A stretch of DNA of 64,000 nucleotides from Chitinophagales bacterium (GTDB lineage: Bacteria > Bacillota > Syntrophomonadia > Syntrophomonadales > DTU052). Of this stretch, positions 49,870 through 59,404 are shown piece by piece. The stretch's first letter is position 1; the number at the start of each line of letters is the position of its first letter. The stretch is taken from positions 58,886 to 122,885 of the forward strand of contig JBLMZW010000188.1 in assembly GCA_050259035.1 (NCBI GenBank), given 5' to 3'. The notes under the pieces are model-generated. The model saw nothing but the letters and a program-made list of their open reading frames with translations. It was not told where the DNA came from and did not search any database. The position numbers and the translations under genes were made by a program.

Positions 49870-49944
49870 AACCCTGGCGAGGGATACCGCAACTCCATCG
49901 GTAAGCTTGGCCAGAGGCGATTTATTAATAAGGAGGTGAGATAC

Positions 49945-50214
49945 ATGGCTCTCGATCAAGAAAAAAAACAAAACATTATTAAGGATTTTCAGGTGCACGA
50001 GAATGATACCGGTTCTCCCGAGGTGCAAATAGCATTGTTAACTGAGAGAATCAACTACTTAAATGAGCACCTTAAAATTCACGCCAAGGATCACCATTCG
50101 AGAAGAGGGCTGCTCAAGATGGTAGGACAGCGCCGGGCTCTTTTGGACTACTTGAAGGACAAGGACTTCGAACGCTATCGGACCATCGTAACTCGATTAG
50201 GCTTGCGCAGGTAA
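49945..50214 (+). CDS. rpsO: 30S ribosomal protein S15
   Basis: AAGGAGGTGA precedes ATG 49945. The sequence runs [44 protein letters not shown]. Confidence 0.95.
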   Translation: MALDQEKKQNIIKDFQVHENDTGSPEVQIALLTERINYLNEHLKIHAKDHHSRRGLLKMVGQRRALLDYLKDKDFERYRTIVTRLGLRR

Positions 50215-50245
50215 AAGAGCGGCTAAACCGCTCTTTACTTTATAC
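50214..50245 (+). terminator. Intrinsic terminator after rpsO
   Basis: AAAGAGCGG-CTAAA-CCGCTCTTT followed by a T-rich tail. Confidence 0.6.
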
Positions 50246-50371
50246 TTCAGGACAGTATATCCGTTATTATTTTTATGGCAACACCAGAGGTATGAAGTAC
50301 TGCCAGGTTTGCGCCTAGGGGACTAATTATGGCGCGCCTATCTTATATCCTTTAGAAAAGGAGGTATGTGA

Positions 50372-52516
50372 ATGACGCATGTATTCGAGACTGAACTGGG
50401 TGGACGACCTTTAAAGGTAGAAATAGGCAAAGTAGCCAAGCAGGCTAACGGCGCAGCGATGCTTTTTTATGGAGATACCGTTGTTCTGGTAACAGCAACC
50501 ACCTCAAAAGAGCCGCGTGAAGGGATAGATTTTTTCCCACTTACAGTGGATTATGAAGAACGGTTATATGCTGTTGGCAGAATCCCTGGAGGTTTTATCA
50601 AACGCGAAGGCAGACCGACAGAAGCTGCAATTCTTTCTTCCCGGCTGATTGACCGTCCGATTAGACCGTTGTTTCCCAAGGGCTATCGCAACGATGTACA
50701 CATAGTAGCTACGGTCATGTCCGTTGATCAGAATAACCCACCGGAAACAACTGCAATAATCGGAGCTTCTATTGCTCTTGGGATTTCGAACATTCCGTTC
50801 CGAAATCCTTTGGCAGCCGTAATAGTGGGATTAGTTGATGGTCAATTCATTATCAATCCCAATGTTGAACAGGCCCAAAAGAGTGATATGCACCTGGCTG
50901 TAGCTGGAACCAAAGACGCGATTATGATGGTGGAAGCAGGGTCCAAAGAAATCCCTGAAAAGCAAATGCTTGATGCTATTTTCTTTGCCCATGAAGAGAT
51001 TAAAAGGATTGTTGATTTTCAGGAGAAAATAATCGCCGAGATAGGTGTAGAAAAGAAGGAAGTTAAACTCTTTGAGCCCAATCCGGAGATGCTAGCCTTA
51101 ATAACCGATTATGCCAAGGCAAAATACGAAGAGGCACTACAGTGTCCCGATAAGCTTGTAAGGGAAGCCCAGACGGAACAGGTTACAGCCGAAGCCCGCG
51201 CTTATTTCGAGGAGGAATACCCCGATAAAGGTAAAGAGGTAGCGGCTATCCTGGAGAAGATCGAAAAAGCTATCGTTAGAAGGATGATTCTTGAAGAAGG
51301 CAAACGGGTTGACGGCCGGGCATTAGACGAAATTAGACCCATAACTTGTGAAGTTGGGGTTTTGCCCAGAACCCATGGTTCGGGCCTGTTTACTCGGGGG
51401 CAGACTCAGGTACTTTCCATCACCACATTGGGTGCAATGAGTGAGGAACAGATCCTGGATGGTTTGGGTGCAGTTTCTTCCAAACGGTATCTGCATCACT
51501 ATAACTTCCCACCTTACAGTGTAGGCGAGACCAGGCCAATGAGAGGACCGGGCCGCAGGGAAATAGGGCATGGGGCTTTGGCAGAACGTGCTCTCGCATA
51601 TATGATTCCATCTGACGAAGAGTTTCCCTATACCATCAGAGTTGTCTCTGAGGTACTTGAGTCCAATGGTTCAACTTCCATGGGAAGCGTATGCGGCAGT
51701 ACTTTATCACTGATGAATGCGGGTGTTCCTATTAAGGCACCGGTATCAGGGATAGCTATGGGTCTGGTAAAAGAAGGTGAACAGTTCGCTATATTAAGCG
51801 ATATTCAAGGTATTGAAGATGCTCTGGGAGATATGGATTTTAAGGTGGCTGGAACGGAAAAAGGAATTACCGCTCTGCAAATGGACATTAAGATTGCCGG
51901 TGTAACTAGAGAGATTCTTGAGAAGGCTCTGGCTCAAGCCCGGGAAGGGCGAATGTTCATAAGGGGCATAATGCTCCAAACTATCAGCCAGCCTAGTAGT
52001 GAAATGTCTCCTTTCGCACCACGCATGATCAAAATGATGATTAACCCTGACAAGATAAGGGATGTAATCGGCCCGGGCGGCAAGATTATTCACAAGATTG
52101 TCGATGAAACCGGGGCTAAAATTGATATTGAGGACGATGGCTCGCTGTTTATCATGGCGGTTGATCAGGATTCAGCTGAAAAGGCAAGGCATTTGGTTGA
52201 TTGCATAGTTAAGGAAGTTGAGGTCGGAAAGACCTACGTTGGTAAAGTAACCAGAATAATGGACTTTGGAGCTTTTGTTGAGTTTATTCCGGGTGTACTG
52301 GGAATGTCGGGCAAAGAAGGTTTAGTTCATATTTCCCAGCTTGCTGAAACCCGTACAGCCAAAGTAAGGGACGTGGTAGACGTTGGGGACGAGATTTTGG
52401 TAAAAGTCACTGAGATTGATGCTCAGGGCCGAATCAATCTATCACGCAAAGAGGCTTTAAGGCAAGTTCAAAAACCATCTGCTAATGCGACAGGAGAAGT
52501 TAAAAATCTCGATTAA
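50372..52516 (+). CDS. pnp: Polynucleotide phosphorylase
   Basis: Two RNase PH domains plus KH ([20 protein letters not shown]) and S1 ([20 protein letters not shown]) domains. Length 714 aa. Confidence 0.95.
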   Translation: MTHVFETELGGRPLKVEIGKVAKQANGAAMLFYGDTVVLVTATTSKEPREGIDFFPLTVDYEERLYAVGRIPGGFIKREGRPTEAAILSSRLIDRPIRPLFPKGYRNDVHIVATVMSVDQNNPPETTAIIGASIALGISNIPFRNPLAAVIVGLVDGQFIINPNVEQAQKSDMHLAVAGTKDAIMMVEAGSKEIPEKQMLDAIFFAHEEIKRIVDFQEKIIAEIGVEKKEVKLFEPNPEMLALITDYAKAKYEEALQCPDKLVREAQTEQVTAEARAYFEEEYPDKGKEVAAILEKIEKAIVRRMILEEGKRVDGRALDEIRPITCEVGVLPRTHGSGLFTRGQTQVLSITTLGAMSEEQILDGLGAVSSKRYLHHYNFPPYSVGETRPMRGPGRREIGHGALAERALAYMIPSDEEFPYTIRVVSEVLESNGSTSMGSVCGSTLSLMNAGVPIKAPVSGIAMGLVKEGEQFAILSDIQGIEDALGDMDFKVAGTEKGITALQMDIKIAGVTREILEKALAQAREGRMFIRGIMLQTISQPSSEMSPFAPRMIKMMINPDKIRDVIGPGGKIIHKIVDETGAKIDIEDDGSLFIMAVDQDSAEKARHLVDCIVKEVEVGKTYVGKVTRIMDFGAFVEFIPGVLGMSGKEGLVHISQLAETRTAKVRDVVDVGDEILVKVTEIDAQGRINLSRKEALRQVQKPSANATGEVKNLD

Positions 52517-52551
52517 CTATAACTTAAATAGTACAATTCAATAATTTAAAG

Positions 52552-52576
52552 AAACCGAGTCTCTCGGTTTTTTTAA
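52552..52576 (+). terminator. Intrinsic terminator after pnp
   Basis: AAACCGA-GTCTC-TCGGTTT followed by TTTT. Confidence 0.7.
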
Positions 52577-52674
52577 TGCCTTGTAGAATACCGAGTCTCA
52601 CCCCTGAATACTAATTTAACAAAATTGCCGGGGGTGAGATTTAGTGTTTTAGGAACCGATTATTTAAACTTACC

Positions 52675-53484
52675 TTGAAAAAGAAAACCATCTTTATTAC
52701 ATGCTTCTTTGTATTATCTATCTTTTATGCCACATGGTTGGATCGCATAGAACGTAAACTCCACGGGGTTAAGCCAGGAGTTACCCTGGAAGGTGTTCAA
52801 CTTGCCGGTTATCTTCCCAAAGAGGTGGAACAGGTCGTAGATGAGATGGTTATTAGGTATCGCCAGACACCAGCTAATCCTTATCTCGAACGGGAAACCG
52901 GAATAATCGTAAAAGAAAGATACGGAACAGAAATTGATAGTGAAAAAACTGTTGAAAACCTATTTAATGCCGATCCCGGAGCCAAACTGCGACTGGTAAG
53001 AGTTGGTATACCAGCAAAACACCGGGCGGCTGAACTACAGGGTCTACATAGAACCATGGGTAGTTTTCATACCTGGTTTTATGGCTCCTGGGAAAGGCAC
53101 CAAAATATTGTAATGGCCATTGGCAGTATAAACAATCACGTGCTCTGGCCCGATGAGACATTCTCATTCAATCAAGTGGTAGGACCTAGGACGCCGGAAC
53201 GAGGCTATCGTTTAGCCCCGGTTCTGGGAGGTGACGGACTGGGGTTTGGTGGAGGAATATGTCAGGTATCAACAACCATATATAACGCTGCTCTAGAGGC
53301 TGGGTTGGAAGTTACCGAACGTAGTCCTCACAGCAGCAGGGTGCCTTATATTGCTGCCGGTAAGGACGCTGCCGTCGTTTACGGGGCACAAGATTTAAAA
53401 TTCAAGAACAATTATAGGTTCCCAGTTATTATTTCATGCTCGATAAACCGAGGCAAAATAACGGCAGAGATAATGGGAAAGTGA
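52675..53484 (+). CDS. VanW-domain protein
   Basis: N-terminal TM segment plus the VanW core (FSFNQVVGPRTPERGY ... GGGICQVSTTIYNAALEAGLEVTERSPHS). The TTG start has no obvious SD, so the start position is uncertain. Confidence 0.7.
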   Translation: MKKKTIFITCFFVLSIFYATWLDRIERKLHGVKPGVTLEGVQLAGYLPKEVEQVVDEMVIRYRQTPANPYLERETGIIVKERYGTEIDSEKTVENLFNADPGAKLRLVRVGIPAKHRAAELQGLHRTMGSFHTWFYGSWERHQNIVMAIGSINNHVLWPDETFSFNQVVGPRTPERGYRLAPVLGGDGLGFGGGICQVSTTIYNAALEAGLEVTERSPHSSRVPYIAAGKDAAVVYGAQDLKFKNNYRFPVIISCSINRGKITAEIMGK

Positions 53485-54239
53485 AGGTGTTGGCTTTGCG
53501 TATTGTGTATCTTCCAAAACGAACGTTCATCAATCTAGGAATTGGAGCGCTAATACTAATAACGGCCTTTATTACGATAATCGCCGTAAGAAACTACCTG
53601 CCATGGACAGTCTCCCGAGTGGGTTCACCTTATTATCAGGGCTGTTCCGATCAAAAGATTATTGCGTTTACCTTTAATGTTGACTGGGGAGAAGAATACC
53701 TTCCTAAAGTGCTTGAGATTTTAAAAGATGAAAACATAAAAGCAACGTTTTTTATTACCGGGCGCTGGGCAGAGAAACATCCCGACCTGGTCAAAAGCAT
53801 TGCCCAAAATGGCAATGAAATAGGAAATCATGGCTTAAAACACCAACACCTAAAAGATCTCTCCCAGGAACAATTAGTAAACGAAATAAAAGGGGGAGAG
53901 CAAGTGCTGCAAGGGATAACCGGAAAACGGCCTCGTCTATTTGCCCCCGCCTTCGGTGAGTACAATTCAGTTATCGGAGAAGTTGCCGCCAGTGCTGATT
54001 GTGACATTATTATGTGGAGTTTGGATACTATTGATTGGCAAAATCCTGATGTAAATACTATTATAAGCCGTGTTGTCCCCCGTATCCATAACGACGCCAT
54101 TATTCTGATGCATCCTACCGATCCTACCGTTAAAGCTTTACCTGAAATGATAAAACAACTAAAAAGTGAGGGTTATAAATTTTCTACAGTGTCGAAGATA
54201 ATAAAACCGTCTCCTATAAACAAAAAGACAGCTCGCTAG
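53481..54239 (+). CDS. Polysaccharide deacetylase (NodB family, YlxY-like sporulation deacetylase)
   Basis: GTGA overlap with the vanW-like gene. It has a TM anchor and NodB motifs (AFTFNVDWGEE, GNHGLKHQH, ILMHP). Confidence 0.8.
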   Translation: MKVLALRIVYLPKRTFINLGIGALILITAFITIIAVRNYLPWTVSRVGSPYYQGCSDQKIIAFTFNVDWGEEYLPKVLEILKDENIKATFFITGRWAEKHPDLVKSIAQNGNEIGNHGLKHQHLKDLSQEQLVNEIKGGEQVLQGITGKRPRLFAPAFGEYNSVIGEVAASADCDIIMWSLDTIDWQNPDVNTIISRVVPRIHNDAIILMHPTDPTVKALPEMIKQLKSEGYKFSTVSKIIKPSPINKKTAR

Positions 54240-54252
54240 TCGGGAGTATGCA

Positions 54253-55362
54253 ATGAAGAAGTATTTATTAAAAATGATACTATTTTTAACGGTGTTGGCC
54301 GGCGTTATCAATGGAGGAGGCCAGGCGTGGGCGAAACCAGAGGTCGCGGCTAAAGCCTATGTATTAGTAGATAACAACACCGGTCAGGTTTTGGCCTGCC
54401 GTAATGCGAGAGAAAGAATGTATCCGGCCAGCACCACCAAGATAATGACAGGGTTGTTAGCTTTAGAGTATCTTGACCCTGATTTAAAAGCCACAGTGAG
54501 TCGAAAGGCTGATCACACTCCGGGAACAGCCATTGGGCTCAAGGAAGGGCAAGAGGTTCGGGTTAGAGACCTCGTTAATGCCTGTTTAATGTCATCAGCA
54601 AATGATGCCAGCGTCGTTTTAGCTGAAAAAGTTGGCGGCAGTGAACAGGTATTTTCTTATCTCATGAACAAAAAAGCATTGATTTTAGGAGCTGACTCGA
54701 CCCAATTTGTAAACAGTAATGGCTTGACATCACGCAACCATTATACTACGTGTTATGATATGTACCTTATTACTCGATATGCAATGAGTAATAATTCATT
54801 CGCCAGCATAACCGGGAAAAAAACTGAGACAATAGGCCATCCTTCATATCCCCAGGGGTTAGTAATAAATAATACCAATAGACTGCTCCAATACTATAAT
54901 GGGGCTTGTGGAGTAAAAACAGGTACTACCAACGCAGCCGGTAATTGTTTGGTGGCTATGGCTTCACGTGGCAAGAAATCGCTTATAAGTGTGGTCTTAA
55001 AAGCCGGAGATCGTTATGCTGCCTCAGAAACCTTGCTCAACTACGGTTTCAATATGTCCAGAAAGAGAGTAGTATGTCACAGCCAAGTATTTAAAATTTT
55101 AAGGGTAAAAGAAGGGGAACGGCTGAAAGTTTCTGTCTATCCGGATCGCAATATATGGCTATGGGTAGGTAAGAATGACGAATGTTTAGTGGAAAAAAAG
55201 GTCAGATTAAAATACTTCCCTGAAGCTCCCATAGAAAAGGGAGACAAATTGGGAAATATAGAGGTATATTATAATGGTGAACTCGTAGAAACAGCTGGAA
55301 TAAAGAGTAAAGATGAAATAGCCAGGGAATCAAAAGGCATCTGGAGGCTAATTTGGAGGTAA
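54253..55362 (+). CDS. D-alanyl-D-alanine carboxypeptidase (S11 low-MW PBP, DacB/DacF-like)
   Basis: Signal peptide plus the motifs SxxK (PASTTKIMT), SxN (SSAND) and KTG (VKTGTT). Confidence 0.85.
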   Translation: MKKYLLKMILFLTVLAGVINGGGQAWAKPEVAAKAYVLVDNNTGQVLACRNARERMYPASTTKIMTGLLALEYLDPDLKATVSRKADHTPGTAIGLKEGQEVRVRDLVNACLMSSANDASVVLAEKVGGSEQVFSYLMNKKALILGADSTQFVNSNGLTSRNHYTTCYDMYLITRYAMSNNSFASITGKKTETIGHPSYPQGLVINNTNRLLQYYNGACGVKTGTTNAAGNCLVAMASRGKKSLISVVLKAGDRYAASETLLNYGFNMSRKRVVCHSQVFKILRVKEGERLKVSVYPDRNIWLWVGKNDECLVEKKVRLKYFPEAPIEKGDKLGNIEVYYNGELVETAGIKSKDEIARESKGIWRLIWR

Positions 55363-55366
55363 TGTA

Positions 55367-56632
55367 ATGGTTATAACCAGACAACTGTCCAACGGAGCGA
55401 CTGTATTAGTTGAAGAAATTCCATACGTACATTCTGCAGCGGTTGGGGTATTTGTCAAAGTAGGTTCTCGACAGGAAGATGCTGAGAACAATGGAATATC
55501 CCACTTTATAGAACACATGCTTTTTAAGGGGACAAGAACCAGAAGTGCTCGCGATATAGCCGAAGTATTTGAGGAAATGGGCGGACAGTTGAATGCTTAT
55601 ACCTCAAAAGAATCTACTTGTTTCTATGCCCGAGTGCTGGATGAGAATATTTATCAAGCCATGGATATTCTTTTTGACATGTTATTTAACTCAATGTTGA
55701 ACGAAAAAGACCTTGACGTTGAACGGGGTGTCATTATCGAAGAAATCAATATGTACGAAGACAGTCCCGATGAATTAGTGCATGATGTGTTTATTCAGAC
55801 GGTACTATCCAGCCAGCCGCTGGGGAGACCTATCCTGGGATACAGTAAAATAATTGAATCGATGGATAGGGAAACGATAATGAATTACTATCGTCAGTAT
55901 TATAACCCTTCCAATATGATTATTGCGGTGGCAGGCAATGTAAACGAAGAAGAAGTAATAAAGAGGATTGAAGGGTATAAAGGCTATGATCCTGATGCTT
56001 GTACTTCTTTAATTCACGATTCTGCAAACATGGGGCAGGGATTGAAGTTGTTAAATAAAAAGACTGAGCAGGTACAAATCTGTCTCGGTGTTCCAGGAAT
56101 ATCTTACCTGGATGATAACCGCCATGTTCAGACTGTGATGAACAGTATACTGGGCGGTGGGATGAGTTCTCGGCTTTTTCAAAAGATTCGTGAAGAAAAG
56201 GGGTTGGCCTACTCAGTATATTCGTATCCATCCACTTATCGTGATGTTGGCACCTATACTATATACGTAGGAACCGGTCCAACCAGGGTGCGTGAATTTT
56301 TTGCTACGTTAAAAGACGAGTTGACTCGATTCATTGATGATGGTGTCAGCATGGATGAAGTATCCCGAACCCAAAAACAGATTAAGGCTAGTATTTACCT
56401 TGGATTGGAAAGTATAATGACCCGGATGAATAGAATGGGAAAATCACAGTTGATGTATGGCCGGGTTATTGATGTGGAAGAGGTCATAGAAAAAATCTTT
56501 AAACTTACCCCTGATATGGTACAGAATTTTGCTCAAAGAATATTAGCCGGGGGGAATTTCAGCCTGGCGAGTATAGGCGAAGCTGATGCACTGAAGATCG
56601 TGGAGGAGGAGTTTAATCGATGGACTCTATAA
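55367..56632 (+). CDS. M16 family zinc peptidase (YmxG/MlpA-like)
   Basis: Inverted zinc motif HxxEH (HFIEHMLFKGT). Length 421 aa. Confidence 0.85.
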   Translation: MVITRQLSNGATVLVEEIPYVHSAAVGVFVKVGSRQEDAENNGISHFIEHMLFKGTRTRSARDIAEVFEEMGGQLNAYTSKESTCFYARVLDENIYQAMDILFDMLFNSMLNEKDLDVERGVIIEEINMYEDSPDELVHDVFIQTVLSSQPLGRPILGYSKIIESMDRETIMNYYRQYYNPSNMIIAVAGNVNEEEVIKRIEGYKGYDPDACTSLIHDSANMGQGLKLLNKKTEQVQICLGVPGISYLDDNRHVQTVMNSILGGGMSSRLFQKIREEKGLAYSVYSYPSTYRDVGTYTIYVGTGPTRVREFFATLKDELTRFIDDGVSMDEVSRTQKQIKASIYLGLESIMTRMNRMGKSQLMYGRVIDVEEVIEKIFKLTPDMVQNFAQRILAGGNFSLASIGEADALKIVEEEFNRWTL

Positions 56633-57066
56633 GAATTAATCTCCAGAGGCTCCCGCACCATGATGGCCTGCCGGTACCGTCATATATGACTACTGGATCA
56701 TCGGGAGTAGATATTTATTCTGCTAACCAGGATCCGATAGTGATAGCCCCGGGTAAAGCAGTTCTTATCCCAACCGGTTTTGCATTATCTATACCACCGG
56801 GCTTCGAGGCCCAGATTAGACCTCGAAGCGGCCTGGCATTGAAACATAACCTTACACTCCTTAACACACCGGGTACCATAGATTCAGATTATCGAGGAGA
56901 AATAAAAGTCCTGGTGATAAATCTCGGGGACAAAGAGTATATTGTTAAACGAGGAGAACGTATTGCCCAGATGGTATTTGCCAGAATAGAACGAGTGGTT
57001 TTTAGTGAAGAGAATGCCCTGGATGAAACCAGGCGAGGGGCAGGCGGGTTCGGACACACCGGATAA
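56620..57066 (+). CDS. dut: dUTP diphosphatase
   Basis: The five dUTPase motifs are present: SSGVDIYS, RPRSGLALKH, GTIDSDYRGE, RIAQMV and RGAGGFGHTG. Confidence 0.9.
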   Translation: MDSIRINLQRLPHHDGLPVPSYMTTGSSGVDIYSANQDPIVIAPGKAVLIPTGFALSIPPGFEAQIRPRSGLALKHNLTLLNTPGTIDSDYRGEIKVLVINLGDKEYIVKRGERIAQMVFARIERVVFSEENALDETRRGAGGFGHTG

Positions 57067-57079
57067 AGGGGGAAGAAAG

Positions 57080-57349
57080 GTGTTCCTGAGCGAACTTGTA
57101 GGTAAGGAAATTATTAATATTAATGACGGGATGAAGTTAGGAGTGGTAGGGGATTCCGATGTAGTTATTAATCAGGAAACTGGAGAAATAGAATCGATTA
57201 TTTTACCTGGCCGATCAAATTTCATTAATGTATGGGTAGAAAGACAGAAGATGGTCGTCCCATGGGGATCAATTAAGAAGGTTGGCCGGGAGGTAATTGT
57301 AGTTGACCTGGATCAAACCAACCTGAGATTAAGGGGATATAGTTACTAA
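57080..57349 (+). CDS. ymxH: YlmC/YmxH family PRC-barrel sporulation protein
   Basis: AAAGGGGGAAG precedes GTG 57080. The sequence is LSELVGKEIININDGMKLGVVGDSDVVINQETGEIESIILPG. The ORF-track start at 57005 lies inside dut. Confidence 0.75.
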   Translation: MFLSELVGKEIININDGMKLGVVGDSDVVINQETGEIESIILPGRSNFINVWVERQKMVVPWGSIKKVGREVIVVDLDQTNLRLRGYSY

Positions 57350-57364
57350 AGAAGTCATTCTATG

Positions 57365-57397
57365 ACCCCACCTATTAAGGTGGGGTTTATGTATTTT
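57365..57397 (+). terminator. Intrinsic terminator after ymxH
   Basis: ACCCCACC-TATTAA-GGTGGGGT followed by TTATGTATTTT. Confidence 0.6.
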
Positions 57398-57477
57398 AGG
57401 ACCGTATACCCGGGTTTACTTGACGGAGAGGAAGAAATGTACGAGACTATTTTAAAAAGGATCTTGGAGGACTTGGT

Positions 57478-58278
57478 ATGGCGGAAACAATCGGAGTTTT
57501 GGTAACGGGTATACTTGGTAAAATGGGAATTGAGACGGCCCGGGCCATAAAAAATAGCAGCGGAATGATGCTTATTGGCGGTGTTGATGTTCGTTCTCAA
57601 GGACAATTATTATCATCGATAACTGGAGATGATTCCGATAAACAAATAATAGAAGATAATCTAGATACAAGCCTGGAAACGAAAAAACCCGATGTAGTTG
57701 TAGATTTTACAAATCCTCAAGCCGTATTCAGTAATGCCAGGACAACCTTGCGTCATGGGTTACACTGCGTAATCGGGGCAACCGGCCTATCAGACAAGGA
57801 ACTGGGTATTCTGGAAGAACTTGCTTTAAAAAACCAGGTTGGAGTTGCTGTTATTCCCAACTTTGCCATTGGGGCAGTCGTAATGATGAAATTGGCTCAG
57901 GAGGCAGCTCGTTATTTGAGCGATGTTGAGATTATAGAACTCCACCACGATGGAAAAATAGATGCTCCGTCAGGAACAGCCATTAAAACCGCAGAGATGA
58001 TTCATCAGATTAGGGAAGAAACTAACCCTGGTGTCAAAAGTGAATATGAACAATACCCTGGGGCTCGAGGCAGCAAAATTAATAACATAAGAGTGCATAG
58101 TGTAAGATTACCAGGATTAGTAGCTCACCAGGAAGTATTATTCGGAGGAACAGGACAAACTCTGACAATTCGTCATGACGCATTTAACCGTGAATGCTTT
58201 ATGCCGGGAGTGATTCTGACCATAAGAAAGATTGTTACTATTCAAGGTTTAATATATGGATTAGAAAACCTGATATAA
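57478..58278 (+). CDS. dapB: 4-hydroxy-tetrahydrodipicolinate reductase
   Basis: VLVTGILGKMG, and ELHHDGKIDAPSGTA. Confidence 0.9.
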   Translation: MAETIGVLVTGILGKMGIETARAIKNSSGMMLIGGVDVRSQGQLLSSITGDDSDKQIIEDNLDTSLETKKPDVVVDFTNPQAVFSNARTTLRHGLHCVIGATGLSDKELGILEELALKNQVGVAVIPNFAIGAVVMMKLAQEAARYLSDVEIIELHHDGKIDAPSGTAIKTAEMIHQIREETNPGVKSEYEQYPGARGSKINNIRVHSVRLPGLVAHQEVLFGGTGQTLTIRHDAFNRECFMPGVILTIRKIVTIQGLIYGLENLI

Positions 58279-58474
58279 TTGGTTCCTTAAGGTTGGCATA
58301 GGATTTCAAAGGATGCCTTACTTGGTTCGCAAAAAGAACTTATTGGGATTATCCTCTATTTGGGGGTTAATCCCTTACTTTTTGTCTACCCAATTCGTTG
58401 GGTTCACCTTTTCGAATAGGATTACGTATATTGTTGTTAGTTTAGTATTCGTAGTTGACAAAGGAGGCTTACCC

Positions 58475-59389
58475 TTGAGTTCCGCTCTATCGGGAGTCAA
58501 AATTACGGTTTTGGGAGGAGATAATAGAGATCTTATTCTTATAGCAGAATTAGTAACCCTTGGAGCTACCGTAACCGTTGTGGGATTTCCCCGGGATAAA
58601 ATTAAACAAGGGGCTTTTATAAGCCGATCAATTGATGAGGCTTTACGTGGGACCGAGGTAGCAATTCTACCAATGCCCGGTATTGACGAAAACGGTTATA
58701 TTAGGGCAGTGTATACTGAAGAAAAATTGCAGTTAACAGAAAAAAGCCTAATGGGCATGGCGGAAAAAGGATTGGTATTTATAGGCACCGGCCGAACTTT
58801 TCTTAAAGAATGGACTAACAAATTGGGAATTAAACTGTTAGAAATTGCTGAAATGGACGAGATCGCGATATTAAACTCCATACCCACCGCAGAAGGAGCA
58901 ATTCAAATTGCTATGGAAGAACTAGACACTACAATTCACGGTTCCAAAGTAATAGTCCTAGGTCTTGGCAGAACGGGTACGACTTTAGCTAGAATGCTAC
59001 GATCCTTGGGGGCAGATGTAACCGTAATATCTGCCAGTGCGGTTGAGCTGGCTCGAGCTTACGAAATTGGCTGTCGCAGAGTACCCCTAGATGCGCTGGG
59101 TGATTCTCTCGACAGTATTGAAGTAATCTTTAATACCATTCCAGCGCTGGTGTTAGGAAACGAAGTTCTTCGCAGAATGTCCCAGGAAACCTTAATAATT
59201 GACATGGCTTCGGCACCTGGCGGCACCGACTTCGAAGCCGCTAATTATTATGGAATTAAGGCAATATTGGCTCCGGGATTACCGGGAAAGGTGGCACCCC
59301 GGACCGCGGGTAAAGTCCTGGCTGAAGTGATCCCCAGATTAATTATTGAAGAGATGATAAATGCAGGCCATAAGCTTTTATTAGCTTAA
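58475..59389 (+). CDS. dpaA: Dipicolinate synthase subunit A (SpoVFA)
   Basis: AAAGGAGG lies 7 nt before TTG 58475. The N-terminus is GVKITVLGGDNRDLILIAELVTLGATVTVVGF, and there is a Rossmann motif VLGLGRTG. The 54-codon upstream extension in the ORF track has no support. Confidence 0.8.
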   Translation: MSSALSGVKITVLGGDNRDLILIAELVTLGATVTVVGFPRDKIKQGAFISRSIDEALRGTEVAILPMPGIDENGYIRAVYTEEKLQLTEKSLMGMAEKGLVFIGTGRTFLKEWTNKLGIKLLEIAEMDEIAILNSIPTAEGAIQIAMEELDTTIHGSKVIVLGLGRTGTTLARMLRSLGADVTVISASAVELARAYEIGCRRVPLDALGDSLDSIEVIFNTIPALVLGNEVLRRMSQETLIIDMASAPGGTDFEAANYYGIKAILAPGLPGKVAPRTAGKVLAEVIPRLIIEEMINAGHKLLLA

Positions 59390-59404
59390 AGGGGAGGACA
59401 GAAA

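Noticed and set aside
50242-50371. pnp leader: short complementary segments (ACTTC/GAAGT, CAGTA/TACTG, GCGCC/GGCGC including a GGCGCGCC palindrome), considered as an RNase III-type autoregulatory hairpin.
   Set aside because: Only 5-6 bp pairings could be found by eye, with no long duplex comparable to the E. coli pnp leader. This cannot be supported without folding or covariation analysis.
52586-52617. Possible forespore/mother-cell sigma promoter (GAATA-N16-AATACTA) upstream of the vanW-like cluster. I also looked for SigK/SigE-like CATA---TA elements in the dapB-dpaA spacer (58279-58474).
   Set aside because: The matches to the SigG/F, SigE and SigK consensus sequences are partial and the spacing is off. 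Such AT-rich near-matches occur by chance.
57355-57606. 83-aa minus-strand ORF spanning the ymxH-dapB intergenic region, and a 62-aa minus-strand ORF at 62190-62378 upstream of rnj.
   Set aside because: Both have no RBS and overlap terminator/promoter sequence and the 5' ends of well-supported plus-strand genes. Their composition is not protein-like.
58313-58474. 54-codon N-terminal extension of dpaA in the ORF track. Analogous extensions occur for flgE (727-822), fliP (6219-6299), ymxH (57005-57079), rnj (62266-62301), the TPR gene (40335-40382), ribF (48425-48448) and nusA (41858-41863).
   Set aside because: In each case a strong Shine-Dalgarno sequence and the family-typical N-terminus sit at the internal start. 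The extensions overlap upstream genes or lack an RBS.
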